Source: an uncultured Candidatus Saccharibacteria bacterium (lineage in GTDB: Bacteria > Patescibacteriota > Minisyncoccia > Phycocordibacterales > UBA2100). From it: a DNA stretch of 56,591 nt. Each line of letters opens with the position of its first letter. The stretch's first letter is position 1. Below the pieces are notes generated by a model. That model did no database searches and was not told the DNA's origin. It worked only from the letters and a program-made list of their open reading frames with translations. The position numbers and the translations under genes were made by a program. This document shows positions 16,136 through 26,042 of this stretch, one piece after another. The stretch covers positions 1 through 56,591 of the forward strand of contig CAZWFX010000007.1 in the NCBI GenBank assembly GCA_964633425.1, read 5' to 3'.

Positions 16136-17209
16136 ATGCAAGACCAAAAACTTAGTGTATTCGTCGGACTCTCCGGTGGGGTCGATTCGGCTGTCTCTGC
16201 CGCGCTGTTGCAGCGAGAAGGCTACGACGTGACCGGCGTTTTCATTAAGATATGGCAGCCTGAGTTTACCGAATGCACGTGGCGCGAAGACAGGCTTGAC
16301 GCAATGCGTGTCGCAGCGTACCTGAAAATCCCATTTCGAGAGATCGATCTCTCCGATCAATACAAGGACGAGGTTGTGCGCGACATGATCACTGCCTACG
16401 AATCGGGCGTTACGCCTAATCCTGATGTTCTCTGCAACGAGCGGATTAAGTTCGGTCACTTTTTGAAGTACGCGCTTTCGGAGGGCGCAGATCACGTGGC
16501 AACGGGTCACTACGCACAGAACAGCTTCTCGGAAGCGACAGGCAGGTATTCGTTGCTGCGAAGTGCGGACGAGCAGAAAGACCAGTCGTATTTCTTGTAT
16601 CGGCTCGGTCAGCAGGAGCTGTCGCGTGCGTTGTTTCCGGTGGGAGGTCTGACGAAGTCTCGGGTACGGGAGCTTGCCGAGGAGTTCGGGCTGCCGGTAG
16701 CGCGGAAGCACGATTCACAGGGCCTGTGCTTCGTCGGCCCCGTAACGATCCCCGAGTTTCTCTCAAAATATATTTCCCTGAAGGGTGGCGCTGTCCTTGA
16801 TCGCACAGGTGCTGTAGTCGGCGAACACGACGGAGCTGCGCTCTATACGATCGGTCAGCGTCACGGTTTTCGACTTCATAATGCTCCTCCAGCCCCGATG
16901 TACGTGACCGGCATACATATTACGAATAATACGATCGAAGTAGCGCCGGACCCCTCGGAGGCCGCCGTTCTGCATGTTGAGCTTGATCAGTTACATTGGA
17001 TCAATGAGGAACACGTTGGCGAGTCGGTTCGAGTGCAGACTAGATATCGCGAACAACCGGTGACCGCCACCATAACCGGGTCAACGCTCGTGTTCGAGCA
17101 GCCGCATGTGGTCTCGCCGGGGCAGTCCATTGTTTTGTACAAAGGCACAAAGGATCGGGATGAGTGTTACGGCGGTGGCATTGCACGCAGTATCAACACG
17201 CGTGCGTAG
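16136..17209 (+). CDS. mnmA: tRNA-specific 2-thiouridylase MnmA
   Basis: PP-loop SGGVDSAV, catalytic Cys region, full-length MnmA similarity. Confidence 0.95.
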   Translation: MQDQKLSVFVGLSGGVDSAVSAALLQREGYDVTGVFIKIWQPEFTECTWREDRLDAMRVAAYLKIPFREIDLSDQYKDEVVRDMITAYESGVTPNPDVLCNERIKFGHFLKYALSEGADHVATGHYAQNSFSEATGRYSLLRSADEQKDQSYFLYRLGQQELSRALFPVGGLTKSRVRELAEEFGLPVARKHDSQGLCFVGPVTIPEFLSKYISLKGGAVLDRTGAVVGEHDGAALYTIGQRHGFRLHNAPPAPMYVTGIHITNNTIEVAPDPSEAAVLHVELDQLHWINEEHVGESVRVQTRYREQPVTATITGSTLVFEQPHVVSPGQSIVLYKGTKDRDECYGGGIARSINTRA

Positions 17210-17241
17210 GTTTGACTCGTGCTACCCGTTACACTACGGAC

Positions 17242-17643
17242 ATGGGCGAAGTAGTGCGGCGCATGTTCAGCTTTGCGATTGCCGCATGCGCGATTGCCTA
17301 TCTCGTCTATTTTCTTGCCGGTGCATCCATATACGCGCAGGCGCAGGCAAAAACAAAGACGGTCTGGATACGAGACCAGATCAGTCCGAGCGCACACCAC
17401 ATCTCCGGCCTCGTAACGGTAAAGAATTCGTGCACGGAACTGACTGAAAAAGTGGAGCAGTTGAGCCCCTTGCTCTTTAAATTGAAATTTACGACCTGGG
17501 AGCATCCAAACACCGAGTGCACCGACTATCCCGTGCAGAAACAGTTCTACGAGATTGTCTTTGCGCCGGCGGTCGGAGTTCACTTCATCGCAACGCTCGA
17601 CGGAGCGTCGCTGCCGCTTATCGTTGTTCCGTACATTCCTTGA
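17242..17643 (+). CDS. Small membrane-anchored protein (133 aa)
   Basis: N-terminal TM helix FSFAIAACAIAYLVYFLAGA. TACACT lies 6 nt upstream of the ATG. Confidence 0.6.
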   Translation: MGEVVRRMFSFAIAACAIAYLVYFLAGASIYAQAQAKTKTVWIRDQISPSAHHISGLVTVKNSCTELTEKVEQLSPLLFKLKFTTWEHPNTECTDYPVQKQFYEIVFAPAVGVHFIATLDGASLPLIVVPYIP

Positions 17644-17644
17644 T

Positions 17645-18469
17645 ATGGCACATACACTCATCACAAAGGCAGACGGCCAACTGGAGCCGTTCGATCCCGC
17701 AAAACTGGAGTCGTCTTTGCAGCGCGCCGGCGCGACGTCGGTCGCGCGCGCGAGGGTACTTGCACGCATCTTGCATGATCTCAAGCCGCTCACGACGAGC
17801 GAAGAAATATACCGCCGCGCGTACGAGATGCTCCGGGAAGAGGAGGTCGCGCCCGTCGCGGCGCGTTATTCAATGAAGCGGGCGCTCTTTGCGCTCGGCC
17901 CTTCGGGTTTTCCGTTCGAGCAGTTCCTTGCCGAAGTCCTGCGCGGTCACGGCTGGAAAACGCAGACCGATATCATGATGACAGGACGGTGCGCGCCGCA
18001 CGAAGTTGATGTGCTTGCCGAAAAAAACGGTACACGAGTCGGTATTGAGGTTAAATTTCACAATGAGCAGGGCGGGAAGACTGACATCAAGGATGCCCTC
18101 TATGTGCATGCGCGGTATGAGGATCTCAAGCAGGCGCCGATGCTTTCATCGCGTGTCGACGAGGGCTGGCTGGTAACCAATACCGTGTTCACTCGCAACG
18201 CGATCCGGTACGCACGCTGTGCGAACCTCACGATCATTGGATGGGACTATCCGAGAACGCGGGGATTGTCAGCCATGATCGATGAGGCTCAAGTGCACCC
18301 GGTGACTGCACTCACCACATTGTCAGATGCCGAAAAACGCCGACTCCTTGATCAAAAGATTGTGCTTTGCAAATCCGTGGCCACCGCACATTTGCTTGAA
18401 GAGAATGGTATTGCGCCGGGAAAGATCCAGCATGTGCGCGAAGAAGCAAAACGTCTGTGCGGCATCTGA
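17645..18469 (+). CDS. ATP-cone domain fused to a restriction endonuclease-like (Mrr/PD-(D/E)xK) domain
   Basis: N-terminal ATP-cone (ITKADGQLEPFDPAKLESSLQRAG). Nuclease core FEQFLAEVL...HEVDVLAE...VGIEVKF. Confidence 0.8.
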   Translation: MAHTLITKADGQLEPFDPAKLESSLQRAGATSVARARVLARILHDLKPLTTSEEIYRRAYEMLREEEVAPVAARYSMKRALFALGPSGFPFEQFLAEVLRGHGWKTQTDIMMTGRCAPHEVDVLAEKNGTRVGIEVKFHNEQGGKTDIKDALYVHARYEDLKQAPMLSSRVDEGWLVTNTVFTRNAIRYARCANLTIIGWDYPRTRGLSAMIDEAQVHPVTALTTLSDAEKRRLLDQKIVLCKSVATAHLLEENGIAPGKIQHVREEAKRLCGI

Positions 18470-18538
18470 TGCAATACACAGCGCGATGCGCTCCTGTCGG
18501 TATCTCGCGATACAATGAAGCGGTAGTTAATTTTTTCC

Positions 18539-19030
18539 ATGAGAAACCCTGCGATCTTTTTTGACCCGACGAACATAATGTTCCTGAAGCTCCTGCTCGC
18601 CATGCTGCTTGGAGGGTTGATCGGTACCGAGCGTGCGATCCTTGCTCGGCAGTCCGCAGGCACGCGAACGTTCGGCCTCGTTGCACTCGGGGCGTGCCTG
18701 TTCGTCATCGTTTCCAACTATGTGGCAAGCGCATACGCGGGTGTTTTAGATATTCAGCCGCTCTATGTGCCGGGCGCGATCGTCACGGGCATAGGCTTTT
18801 TGGGCGGAGGTCTCATTATTTTCCGTGGGGACGCGCTTCACGGGGTCACGACTGCCGCAGGCATGTGGATCACCGCTGCGATCGGCATGGCGATCGGGTT
18901 CGGTATGTATTCGATCGGTATATTTTCGACGATACTTGTTCTGATCATGTTTACCGGTATGTACTGGCTGGAGTCGATGTTTAAAAACTGGTTCGACGCC
19001 CACAATCACGACGGATCACGCCACGGATAG
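18539..19030 (+). CDS. MgtC/SapB family membrane protein
   Basis: LLLAMLLGGLIGTERA...RTFGLVALGAC...TAAGMWITAAIGMAIG, typical of the MgtC family. Confidence 0.88.
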   Translation: MRNPAIFFDPTNIMFLKLLLAMLLGGLIGTERAILARQSAGTRTFGLVALGACLFVIVSNYVASAYAGVLDIQPLYVPGAIVTGIGFLGGGLIIFRGDALHGVTTAAGMWITAAIGMAIGFGMYSIGIFSTILVLIMFTGMYWLESMFKNWFDAHNHDGSRHG

Positions 19031-19049
19031 GCAGTGTTATACTCCGGCG

Positions 19050-19841
19050 ATGTCGGGATTCTACAAACCAAAACGTGATCCGCGCTGGAATTACGGAGGG
19101 CCGAACTGGACCCTTTCACGCTCAAAGATCGATCTTTTTTTGAACTGCGCGCGGTGTTTTTATATAGACAACAGGCTCGGTACTGCACGTCCGCCGGGAT
19201 TTCCGTTCAATCTCAACTCCGCGGTTGACGAGCTGCTAAAGAAAGAGCTCGATACACACCGCGCACAGGGTTCGCAGCATCCGCTCGCAAAGGCATACGG
19301 AGTCGACGCCGTTCCGTTCGCGCATCCCAAAATGGATGATTGGCGGAACGCCCTTTCCGAGGGAGTAAAGTTTCGTCACCCGGCCACCGGACTATTGGTT
19401 CGTGGCGGCGTGGACGATATTTGGATGGGAAGCGACGGGAAGCTTATCGTTGTTGACTACAAGGCGACAAGTAAAGACGGCTCCATCGAATCGCTCGATG
19501 AGGACTGGCACATCGGCTATAAACGGCAAATCGAAGTGTATCAATGGCTTCTCCGGCAGAACGGGTTTGCTGTCTCGGACATCGGCTACTGGTTTTATGC
19601 GAACGCCACTAAGGATAGGGAGGCGTTCGATGCGCGGCTCGATTTCGAACTGACGCTCGTTCCGTATACGGGCGACACGTCGTGGATCGAAGAAACTCTC
19701 ATGAACATCAAGGAGTGCCTTGATTCAGACGACATTCCGCCTTCATCGCACGACTGCGATTATTGCAGGTACCGCGAGGCGGCAGGGAATGCAATGCGAG
19801 ATCACATGCAAAAGACGGGAGGTAAAAATCTTAAACAATAA
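19050..19841 (+). CDS. PD-(D/E)XK nuclease, Cas4/RecB-like with four-Cys cluster
   Basis: CARC (aa 33-36) plus C-terminal CDYC. Nuclease motifs GGVDDIW, VVDYKA and QIEVYQWL. No CRISPR or cas genes nearby. Confidence 0.8.
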   Translation: MSGFYKPKRDPRWNYGGPNWTLSRSKIDLFLNCARCFYIDNRLGTARPPGFPFNLNSAVDELLKKELDTHRAQGSQHPLAKAYGVDAVPFAHPKMDDWRNALSEGVKFRHPATGLLVRGGVDDIWMGSDGKLIVVDYKATSKDGSIESLDEDWHIGYKRQIEVYQWLLRQNGFAVSDIGYWFYANATKDREAFDARLDFELTLVPYTGDTSWIEETLMNIKECLDSDDIPPSSHDCDYCRYREAAGNAMRDHMQKTGGKNLKQ

Positions 19842-19843
19842 GT

Positions 19844-20101
19844 ATGAAAACATTCAGGGATAAAGTACGGGCCATCGTTGCAGGGATCCCGGAAGGGAAG
19901 ACGATGACGTACAAGCAGGTGGCAACGCAGGCGGGAAGCCCGAACGCAGCACGTGCGGTCGGCGCGATTATGCGAGCTAATTACGATACGAATATTCCGT
20001 GTCATCGCGTGATCGGCTCCGACGGCAGCTTGCGCGGGTATAACCGGGGCGGGACCGAACAAAAGCGCGCAATCCTTAGGAAAGAAAAGGCACTCATATA
20101 G
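19844..20101 (+). CDS. MGMT-family (methylated-DNA-protein-cysteine methyltransferase DNA-binding domain) protein, short form
   Basis: 85 aa with the PCHRVIGSDGSLRGY active-site motif. The N-terminal domain is absent. Confidence 0.85.
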   Translation: MKTFRDKVRAIVAGIPEGKTMTYKQVATQAGSPNAARAVGAIMRANYDTNIPCHRVIGSDGSLRGYNRGGTEQKRAILRKEKALI

Positions 20102-20104
20102 CGT

Positions 20105-21148
20105 ATGAAAATGACCACGTTGCCGGGGACTGACGTCTCGGTATCAGTAATTTGTGCGGGAACGATGAACTGGGGTACGTTCAACACAGAACCCGAAGCT
20201 CATGAGCAGTTGGACTACGCGATTTCGCACGGCGTCAATTTCATCGATACGGCAGAAATGTATCCGATTCCGCCGAAGAAAGAGTTGCAGGGGTTGACCG
20301 AGACGTATGTCGGCGCGTGGCTCGCCAAGCAGAAGCGTGACTCGCTTATCGTGGCAAGTAAGATCGCTGCATCTCCGCTCATTCAGACTCGCGAGGTGCC
20401 GGATGGCGGTCGCACGGTGTACGATCGCAAAAATATTCATGCGGCTATCGACGGCACACTGACGCGCCTTCAGACCGACTATGTCGACCTGTATCAGATC
20501 CACTGGCCGGAGCGCGAAACGAACTTTTTTGGAATACGCGGCTTTGAAAAGATGGGCTCCCTCGGAACTCCCATCGAGGAAACGCTTGAGGCGCTTTCGG
20601 AAATCGTCCGGGCGGGGAAGGTTCGATATATCGGTATTTCGAACGAAACGCCGTGGGGGCTTACTGAATACCTGCGGCTCGCAAAGGAAAAGAACCTGCC
20701 GCGAGTCGTTACGATCCAGAATCAGTACTCCCTGCTGAATCGGACCTTTGAGATCGGTCTTTCGGAAATCTGTATGCGTGAAGGGGTCGGCCTGCTTCCG
20801 TATTCGCCGCTTTCCAAAGGGGTGCTCTCGGGGAAATATCTCGGCGGTGTGATACCCGAAAATTCGCGATTCGCGTATTCGTTGCGGGATATCAATCGCT
20901 ATAACCCGCCGCAAGCACAGGAGCCTATCCGCAAGTACGCGGAACTGGCCCGATCTATCGGTATCAGCACCGCAGAACTTGCGCTTGCGTGGGTGAATTC
21001 GCGCCCATTCGTCACCTCGAACATCATCGGCACCAGGTCCATGGAGCAAATGCAGGCCGACGTCGGTTCTGCCGATATTGTTTTGTCGGCAGATGTTCTC
21101 GAAGAGATCCAGAAAATCCATATAACCCTTCCCGATCCGCACCACTAG
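20105..21148 (+). CDS. Aldo/keto reductase (Tas/YghZ-like NADP-dependent oxidoreductase)
   Basis: GTMNWG, IDTAEMY, LYQIHWP, IGISNETPWG, QNQYSLLNR, LPYSPLSKGVLSGKY. Confidence 0.92.
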   Translation: MKMTTLPGTDVSVSVICAGTMNWGTFNTEPEAHEQLDYAISHGVNFIDTAEMYPIPPKKELQGLTETYVGAWLAKQKRDSLIVASKIAASPLIQTREVPDGGRTVYDRKNIHAAIDGTLTRLQTDYVDLYQIHWPERETNFFGIRGFEKMGSLGTPIEETLEALSEIVRAGKVRYIGISNETPWGLTEYLRLAKEKNLPRVVTIQNQYSLLNRTFEIGLSEICMREGVGLLPYSPLSKGVLSGKYLGGVIPENSRFAYSLRDINRYNPPQAQEPIRKYAELARSIGISTAELALAWVNSRPFVTSNIIGTRSMEQMQADVGSADIVLSADVLEEIQKIHITLPDPHH

Positions 21149-21209
21149 GCCTCCGGTGCAGAATCTCCCGCCTCATAGTCGAACGGGGCGATTATGGTAC
21201 AGTACCGCG

Positions 21210-23240
21210 ATGCAAAAGCTGCCCCAGCCACCAAAAGCACCAAAAAAGCCAGTAAATACGCCATTTCATGGCGATTCTCGGGTGGATGAATACAGCTGGT
21301 TGAGGAATGCCGAGAGCGCCTCGGTCAAGAACTACATCAGGGCGGAGAACGAATACGCTGACGCCTTTATGGCGCCGACGCAGAAGCTCCAGAAAGAGCT
21401 CTACAGCGAGATCCGTAAGCGGATGAAGGAGAACGACATGTCGGTACCCGTCAAAGAGGGTCCGTACGAATACTATTCCCGCTCGAAAAAGGGAAAGCAG
21501 TACATGATCCACTGCCGTAAGCGCATCACCGGCGGAAAGGAACAGGTTGTACTCGACGAAAACAAATTAGCAGCGGGCGAAAAATACTTTAGCCTCGGCC
21601 TGTTTGAAACATCTCCCGATCATCGCCTGCTTGCGTATGCCACGAACACCTCCGGTGACGAGAAATACACACTTCGGATAAAGGATTTGCGCACCGGCAA
21701 GCTGCTCGCCGAAAAGATCGAGTCCATCGCGGATTTCGAATGGGCCGAAAACGGAGAACACTTTTTCTACACCGTGGAAGAGCACCCACATCCGCCCCGC
21801 AAAATCTATTTGCACCGACTTGGTGAAGACACCAAGGAGGATGTGCTCGTATACGAGGAGAAAGATCCGCAGTGGTACGTCGGCCTGGATAAAAGCCGCT
21901 CGCGCAAATACATCTTCTTCATTGCCGCCAATTTCGATTCAACTGAGGTCCGGGTTATGCCGGCGCATCATCCGTTCTCGCCGGTTCATGTGCTCGCCCC
22001 GCGAAAAAAGGATGTGAAGTATTACGTCGATCACCACGACGGCTATTTCTATATCATGACCAACGAGCGCGCGGTCAATTTTAAGATCATGCGAACGAAT
22101 ACCGAAATGCCCACGAAACAGTACTGGCGCGAATGGATGCCGCACGATATCGACCGTCCGATCAGCGGCATGCTGATGTTCGAAAACTTCTTTGCGATCA
22201 CGGTGCGTGAGAAGGGTTCAGAGGAAATCTTTATTCACGAACCCGGTAACCCGAAGGGAAAGAAAGTGCAGCTTCCGGAGAACGAACACTCCATCGGCAT
22301 TAACGATGATCTTGAGTATTTCTCCAAATTCATCCGTATTTCGTACCAGTCGCTGGTTACCCCGCGCGTTGTTTTTGACTACTACGTGGAGGAAGAGAAG
22401 TTCAAAGTTCGTAAAAAGCAGGATGTTCCCGGATGGAACAAGAAGGGCTACGTATCGGAGCGCGTCTGGGTTAAGTCCGGCGACGTGAAAGTGCCGGTGA
22501 TCCTCGTTCGCGCAAAAAAGGTGAAGCTCGACGGCACGGCCCCGATGCTGCTCGAGGCCTATGGTTCATACGGCATCTCATCTGATCCGTATTTTTCGAT
22601 CTCTAAGCTATCTCTTTTGAAGCGGGGATGGATTATCGCGGTTGCGCATCCGCGCGGCGGAGGCGAAATGGGATGGCATTGGCACAAGCAAGCAAAGTTA
22701 CTCACGAAGCACCGCACCTACGAGGACATGGTCGCCGTTGCAGAATATCTGGCAAAGCACAAATACTCGTCGAGTGATCGGATTGCACTCATGGGCGGGA
22801 GCGCGGGCGGTATGCTTGTCGGGACAGTCATGAATATGCGTCCGGACCTCTTTGGGGCAGGAATCGCCCTTGTGCCCGCAGCAGATATCATCACCTCGAT
22901 GTTTGACGAGTCTCTCGGCGGCACACGTTTGCACTACGACGAGGTGGGAGACCCAAGGATCAAAAAGTTCTACGACTACTTCAAAAAGTACTCACCGTAC
23001 GAGGGTGTGAAGCAGCAGGAGTATCCGGCGATGCTCGTCCGGGTGAACATGAATGACATCAGAACGCCGTACTGGGAAGGTGCCAAATGGGTAGCACGCC
23101 TGCGGGCCAAAAAAACAGACTCGAATCCTATCTTGCTCAAGACGGAAATGGTTGCCGGTCACTTCGGTAAATCCGGTCGCTACGAATGGATCAAAGACCG
23201 CGCGTTCGACTTTGCGTTCCTGCTTCAATTGTTCAAATAG
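21210..23240 (+). CDS. ptrB: S9A serine peptidase, oligopeptidase B-like
   Basis: N-terminal HGDSRVDEYSWLRN, beta-propeller region, catalytic GGSAGG, C-terminal Asp/His region (GHFG). ATG 21210 is preferred: TGgTACAGT, then 6 nt, then ATG. Confidence 0.88.
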   Translation: MQKLPQPPKAPKKPVNTPFHGDSRVDEYSWLRNAESASVKNYIRAENEYADAFMAPTQKLQKELYSEIRKRMKENDMSVPVKEGPYEYYSRSKKGKQYMIHCRKRITGGKEQVVLDENKLAAGEKYFSLGLFETSPDHRLLAYATNTSGDEKYTLRIKDLRTGKLLAEKIESIADFEWAENGEHFFYTVEEHPHPPRKIYLHRLGEDTKEDVLVYEEKDPQWYVGLDKSRSRKYIFFIAANFDSTEVRVMPAHHPFSPVHVLAPRKKDVKYYVDHHDGYFYIMTNERAVNFKIMRTNTEMPTKQYWREWMPHDIDRPISGMLMFENFFAITVREKGSEEIFIHEPGNPKGKKVQLPENEHSIGINDDLEYFSKFIRISYQSLVTPRVVFDYYVEEEKFKVRKKQDVPGWNKKGYVSERVWVKSGDVKVPVILVRAKKVKLDGTAPMLLEAYGSYGISSDPYFSISKLSLLKRGWIIAVAHPRGGGEMGWHWHKQAKLLTKHRTYEDMVAVAEYLAKHKYSSSDRIALMGGSAGGMLVGTVMNMRPDLFGAGIALVPAADIITSMFDESLGGTRLHYDEVGDPRIKKFYDYFKKYSPYEGVKQQEYPAMLVRVNMNDIRTPYWEGAKWVARLRAKKTDSNPILLKTEMVAGHFGKSGRYEWIKDRAFDFAFLLQLFK

Positions 23241-23343
23241 CGCTCAACTCAGCCAATTGACACGACCCTGAAATCGGGGCACAGTAGAGGCCGACTTTTA
23301 CGGTGGTATATCCCACATTGACCTTTGACAGGGAGAGTAATCA

Positions 23344-24120
23344 ATGGCTTTTCGGCCAATTCATGGGACGTTCGAGGAGTGTCTCAGTCACTACAGAAAA
23401 AACGGCGGTGATCATTCGTTCAAACGGATGCTGGATTTCAGCGTATCCAAGAACGAGGGCACGCTTCGCCGGTGGTTTGTGGATTCCGCACCGAACGGTG
23501 TGTACCGCATCCGCTTGCAGCAATATCTCTCGGACATCGGCTACAAGATTAAGGAGCTGCAGGGCGCCTCGGAGGAGATCCGGCTCGCGTGTCAGCTTCT
23601 TTCGTACGACCTGGCGACGGAAGATGAGATCGCATCCGGGTTCGGCATTCCCGAACATCGGTGGTCTCGGCTTCCGCATATGCTGGTGCGCGGAACGATG
23701 GCAGACGACCGCCTCGCAAAGGGGCGGTTGTATCTCGCGCCGCTCAAAACGCTGCTTGCGGAGGTGCATGAGGGGCGCATTCTTGCGCTCAGCAACACCG
23801 TGCCGTCTACGGCGCAGAAACCGGATGCGACCAAGGCCGCACCCGCTGCCCCTTCAGTCCCCGCGGTGCCGAGTTCATCTGCTCCGCCGGCGCACGTCAT
23901 TAAGGATCACGACGCCGTGATTCAGGCGACGGCAGCGATGCTGACGTCGGTGTATCCGCTTCTGCAGTTGGTGAATTCCGACCAATACACGGCGGAAGAG
24001 CGAAAAGCGCTGCGCGAGAAACTCGGCTTTTTCGGCGCAATGCAAATCTCAACTGAACTGAACCGCCTGTGCTCGGAGCGAGCGCGGGAGCAATTCAAAT
24101 CTGAAGGGAACGGGAAATGA
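23344..24120 (+). CDS. Hypothetical protein with two HTH-like segments, first gene of the GHKL/ParB-like cassette
   Basis: 258 aa, with GGGAGAG SD upstream. Segments SFKRMLDFSVSKNEGTLRRWF and ATEDEIASGFGIPEHRWSRL, a Pro/Ala-rich linker and a helical C-terminal domain. No family recognised. Confidence 0.7.
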   Translation: MAFRPIHGTFEECLSHYRKNGGDHSFKRMLDFSVSKNEGTLRRWFVDSAPNGVYRIRLQQYLSDIGYKIKELQGASEEIRLACQLLSYDLATEDEIASGFGIPEHRWSRLPHMLVRGTMADDRLAKGRLYLAPLKTLLAEVHEGRILALSNTVPSTAQKPDATKAAPAAPSVPAVPSSSAPPAHVIKDHDAVIQATAAMLTSVYPLLQLVNSDQYTAEERKALREKLGFFGAMQISTELNRLCSERAREQFKSEGNGK

Positions 24121-25880
24121 ACGCACAGACTCCTCCGACCGAGGGTGGTGACGGGACGCGTATTGAATACATGCCGCTGGGACTCTTCGTTGGCTCCGCA
24201 TTGTTCGTCGTCGCGGGACGCTACGAAACGCTGAAGGAAGCAATTCTGGAAGCGGTGCAGAATGCACTCGACAAGAAAGCGCGGAACATCAATATCGCGC
24301 TCAATCACAAGACCAACTATGTCGCGATCCGCGACAACGGTAACGGTGTCGGGCCTGCAGAATTCAAGGAGAAGCTGGCGACCGTGTGTCGCAGTCTCAA
24401 GTTGAACGATAAGGGCAGCCTCGGCCGGTTCGGCATGGGATTGATTGCGCCGCTTGGCAAATGTCGCGAGTTTACCTTCACGTCGTGCGAGAAGGGGGCG
24501 AGCGAATATCTGCAGTGGACGTTCAATTCAGCCGAGATCGAGAAAAGTCAGGAAGAGCCCTCGATCCCGTGCGTTGTGCAGTCGGACCTCGTCTTCAGGC
24601 CGCAGGGCGCCGGGTCCATCAAGGGCAAGGTGAAGAAGGCGACGTGGTGGCGAAGCCAGCTTGTGATCCACGATTACAAGAAGGACAAGCTGCTTTCGCG
24701 CATCGATTCCGCACAGTCCTTGGTCGACGAGATCAAGCGGCGCTATCGCCTGAAGATGCTCGAGAACGATACCGTGCTCACCGTGAAGTTCACCAACAGT
24801 GACGGCACCGAGGATCGCGTCGACGACGCGGTTGCGGAGCGCTACTCCGGCAAGGAGTTGCCGCCGTATGTGGTTCGTTCTCGCGGAAGCTCGGCAAGTC
24901 GCACGGATTTCGAGCTCTATCTCGCAATTCGTACGAAAGAAGGACAGGGCGGGCAGGTCGAGGTCGGCGTGATCGGAGATCCGTTCGCGTTCGAATTCGA
25001 AACGTTCGTTGATTCCGTGCCGGGCGTGCTGCCCAAGGAAGTCGTCGACGCACTCACGTCGGGGATCTTCGAAGGCGTCATCCGCGGCGACAAGGTCGAG
25101 CTCGAATCGTCACGCAAGAGCTTTAAGCGCAGCGATGCGGTTGAAGAGTTCTGCAAGGCGATCGTCGAATGGTACGAGAAGGTGGGAAAGGCGCACGTTA
25201 CGGAGATCTCCGAAGCGCGGCGCGAAGAGCGGTGGCAGAACATCATGCGCAAGGCGCTTGGTAATCTGCAGGAACTGCTCAAGGATAATCCGTCTTTCGC
25301 GTATCTTCGCGGCGCGTTCGATAATCTCAGCCGCGGTCGCGGTTCGAGGTCATCGACCGGAACCGTCCAGGGCGGTGAAGGTGAGAACGTGCAGGGTGTC
25401 GGCGGGGCACCGGAATCGGCCACGCCGTTTCCGGACCTTCCGCCCGCTAGCGGCGGGGGATCGGGCGGTGGCGATTCGGATCGTGATCCGAAAGCCGTCG
25501 ACGAGTCCTCCATCGGTGCCTCAGGTCCCGACGGCAAGCCGCGACGCTCCGTGAAGCACGGTGCGTTTGGTCTGCAGCTTTCGACCACACCGACCGAGGC
25601 GATGCTGCGTTCGAATGTGCTGTTCATGCTTGACGTTCCGTCGGCAACACTGCACTTCAACACGCGTCATCCCACGTGGGAGGCATGCGATACGACGCCG
25701 ATGAAACTGCAGCAGATGCAGGAAACGGCGATCATCTTCGCGCTCACCTCCAACGCGATGCCCGAAAGCCAGCAGGCTGCAGCGATGCTCGCCTTTGAGA
25801 CTGCGATCACTCCGCTTGTTGCGGGTGTGTATCACAACTCTGACGCGTTCGTGCTTTCAAAGCGACGTCGCGAAAGCTGA
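24117..25880 (+). CDS. GHKL-superfamily ATPase (HATPase_c_3 / MORC-Hsp90-MutL-like Bergerat fold)
   Basis: N box EAILEAVQNALD (aa 41-52), G1 IRDNGNGVG (71-79), G2 GRFGMGLIAPLG (103-114). Gly/Ser/Pro-rich linker at aa 405-478 and a C-terminal domain of about 110 aa. ATGA overlap with the upstream gene. Confidence 0.85.
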   Translation: MNAQTPPTEGGDGTRIEYMPLGLFVGSALFVVAGRYETLKEAILEAVQNALDKKARNINIALNHKTNYVAIRDNGNGVGPAEFKEKLATVCRSLKLNDKGSLGRFGMGLIAPLGKCREFTFTSCEKGASEYLQWTFNSAEIEKSQEEPSIPCVVQSDLVFRPQGAGSIKGKVKKATWWRSQLVIHDYKKDKLLSRIDSAQSLVDEIKRRYRLKMLENDTVLTVKFTNSDGTEDRVDDAVAERYSGKELPPYVVRSRGSSASRTDFELYLAIRTKEGQGGQVEVGVIGDPFAFEFETFVDSVPGVLPKEVVDALTSGIFEGVIRGDKVELESSRKSFKRSDAVEEFCKAIVEWYEKVGKAHVTEISEARREERWQNIMRKALGNLQELLKDNPSFAYLRGAFDNLSRGRGSRSSTGTVQGGEGENVQGVGGAPESATPFPDLPPASGGGSGGGDSDRDPKAVDESSIGASGPDGKPRRSVKHGAFGLQLSTTPTEAMLRSNVLFMLDVPSATLHFNTRHPTWEACDTTPMKLQQMQETAIIFALTSNAMPESQQAAAMLAFETAITPLVAGVYHNSDAFVLSKRRRES

Positions 25881-25900
25881 TGCTTCTCCCAAAAAACACG

Positions 25901-25930
25901 GGGCCCCGGAAGGATTTCCGGGGCCCTTTT
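25901..25930 (+). terminator. Rho-independent terminator after the GHKL ATPase gene
   Basis: 10-bp GC-rich stem gggccccgga/tccggggccc, 6-nt loop, then tttt. Confidence 0.8.
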
Positions 25931-25937
25931 CGTTATA

Positions 25938-25963
25938 TTGACACGGTCAGCTGTTTGTATAAT
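25938..25963 (+). promoter_or_regulatory. Promoter-like element for the ParB-like gene
   Basis: TTGACA (25938-25943) and perfect TATAAT (25958-25963) preceded by TG. The spacer is only 14 nt, so the -35 assignment is doubtful. Confidence 0.45.
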
Positions 25964-26042
25964 AGTCAGAAACGGAGGCAGTCATGCAGACTGTACGTTG
26001 ATTACCCTCATACTGAAACGCAAACACTCAAGGAGAACTGTA

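Noticed and set aside
15904-16155. 83-aa + strand ORF inside the mltG-mnmA spacer.
   Set aside because: It is Cys/Arg/Pro-rich and not protein-like, has no SD and no leaderless-type promoter spacing, and runs through the terminator hairpin. The region is better explained as structured RNA.
20144-21145. 333-aa antisense ORF spanning almost the whole aldo/keto reductase gene. Similar long antisense ORFs lie at 41090-41995, 34932-35870, 44086-44916, 29682-30509, 16043-16711, 24917-25663 and 26453-27004.
   Set aside because: In every case the opposite strand encodes a protein with clear family motifs (AKR, KAS III, ribosomal proteins, TrpRS, MnmA, GHKL, ParB-like). The antisense translations are Arg/Ser/Pro-rich and low-complexity, the usual artefact of GC-rich coding DNA.
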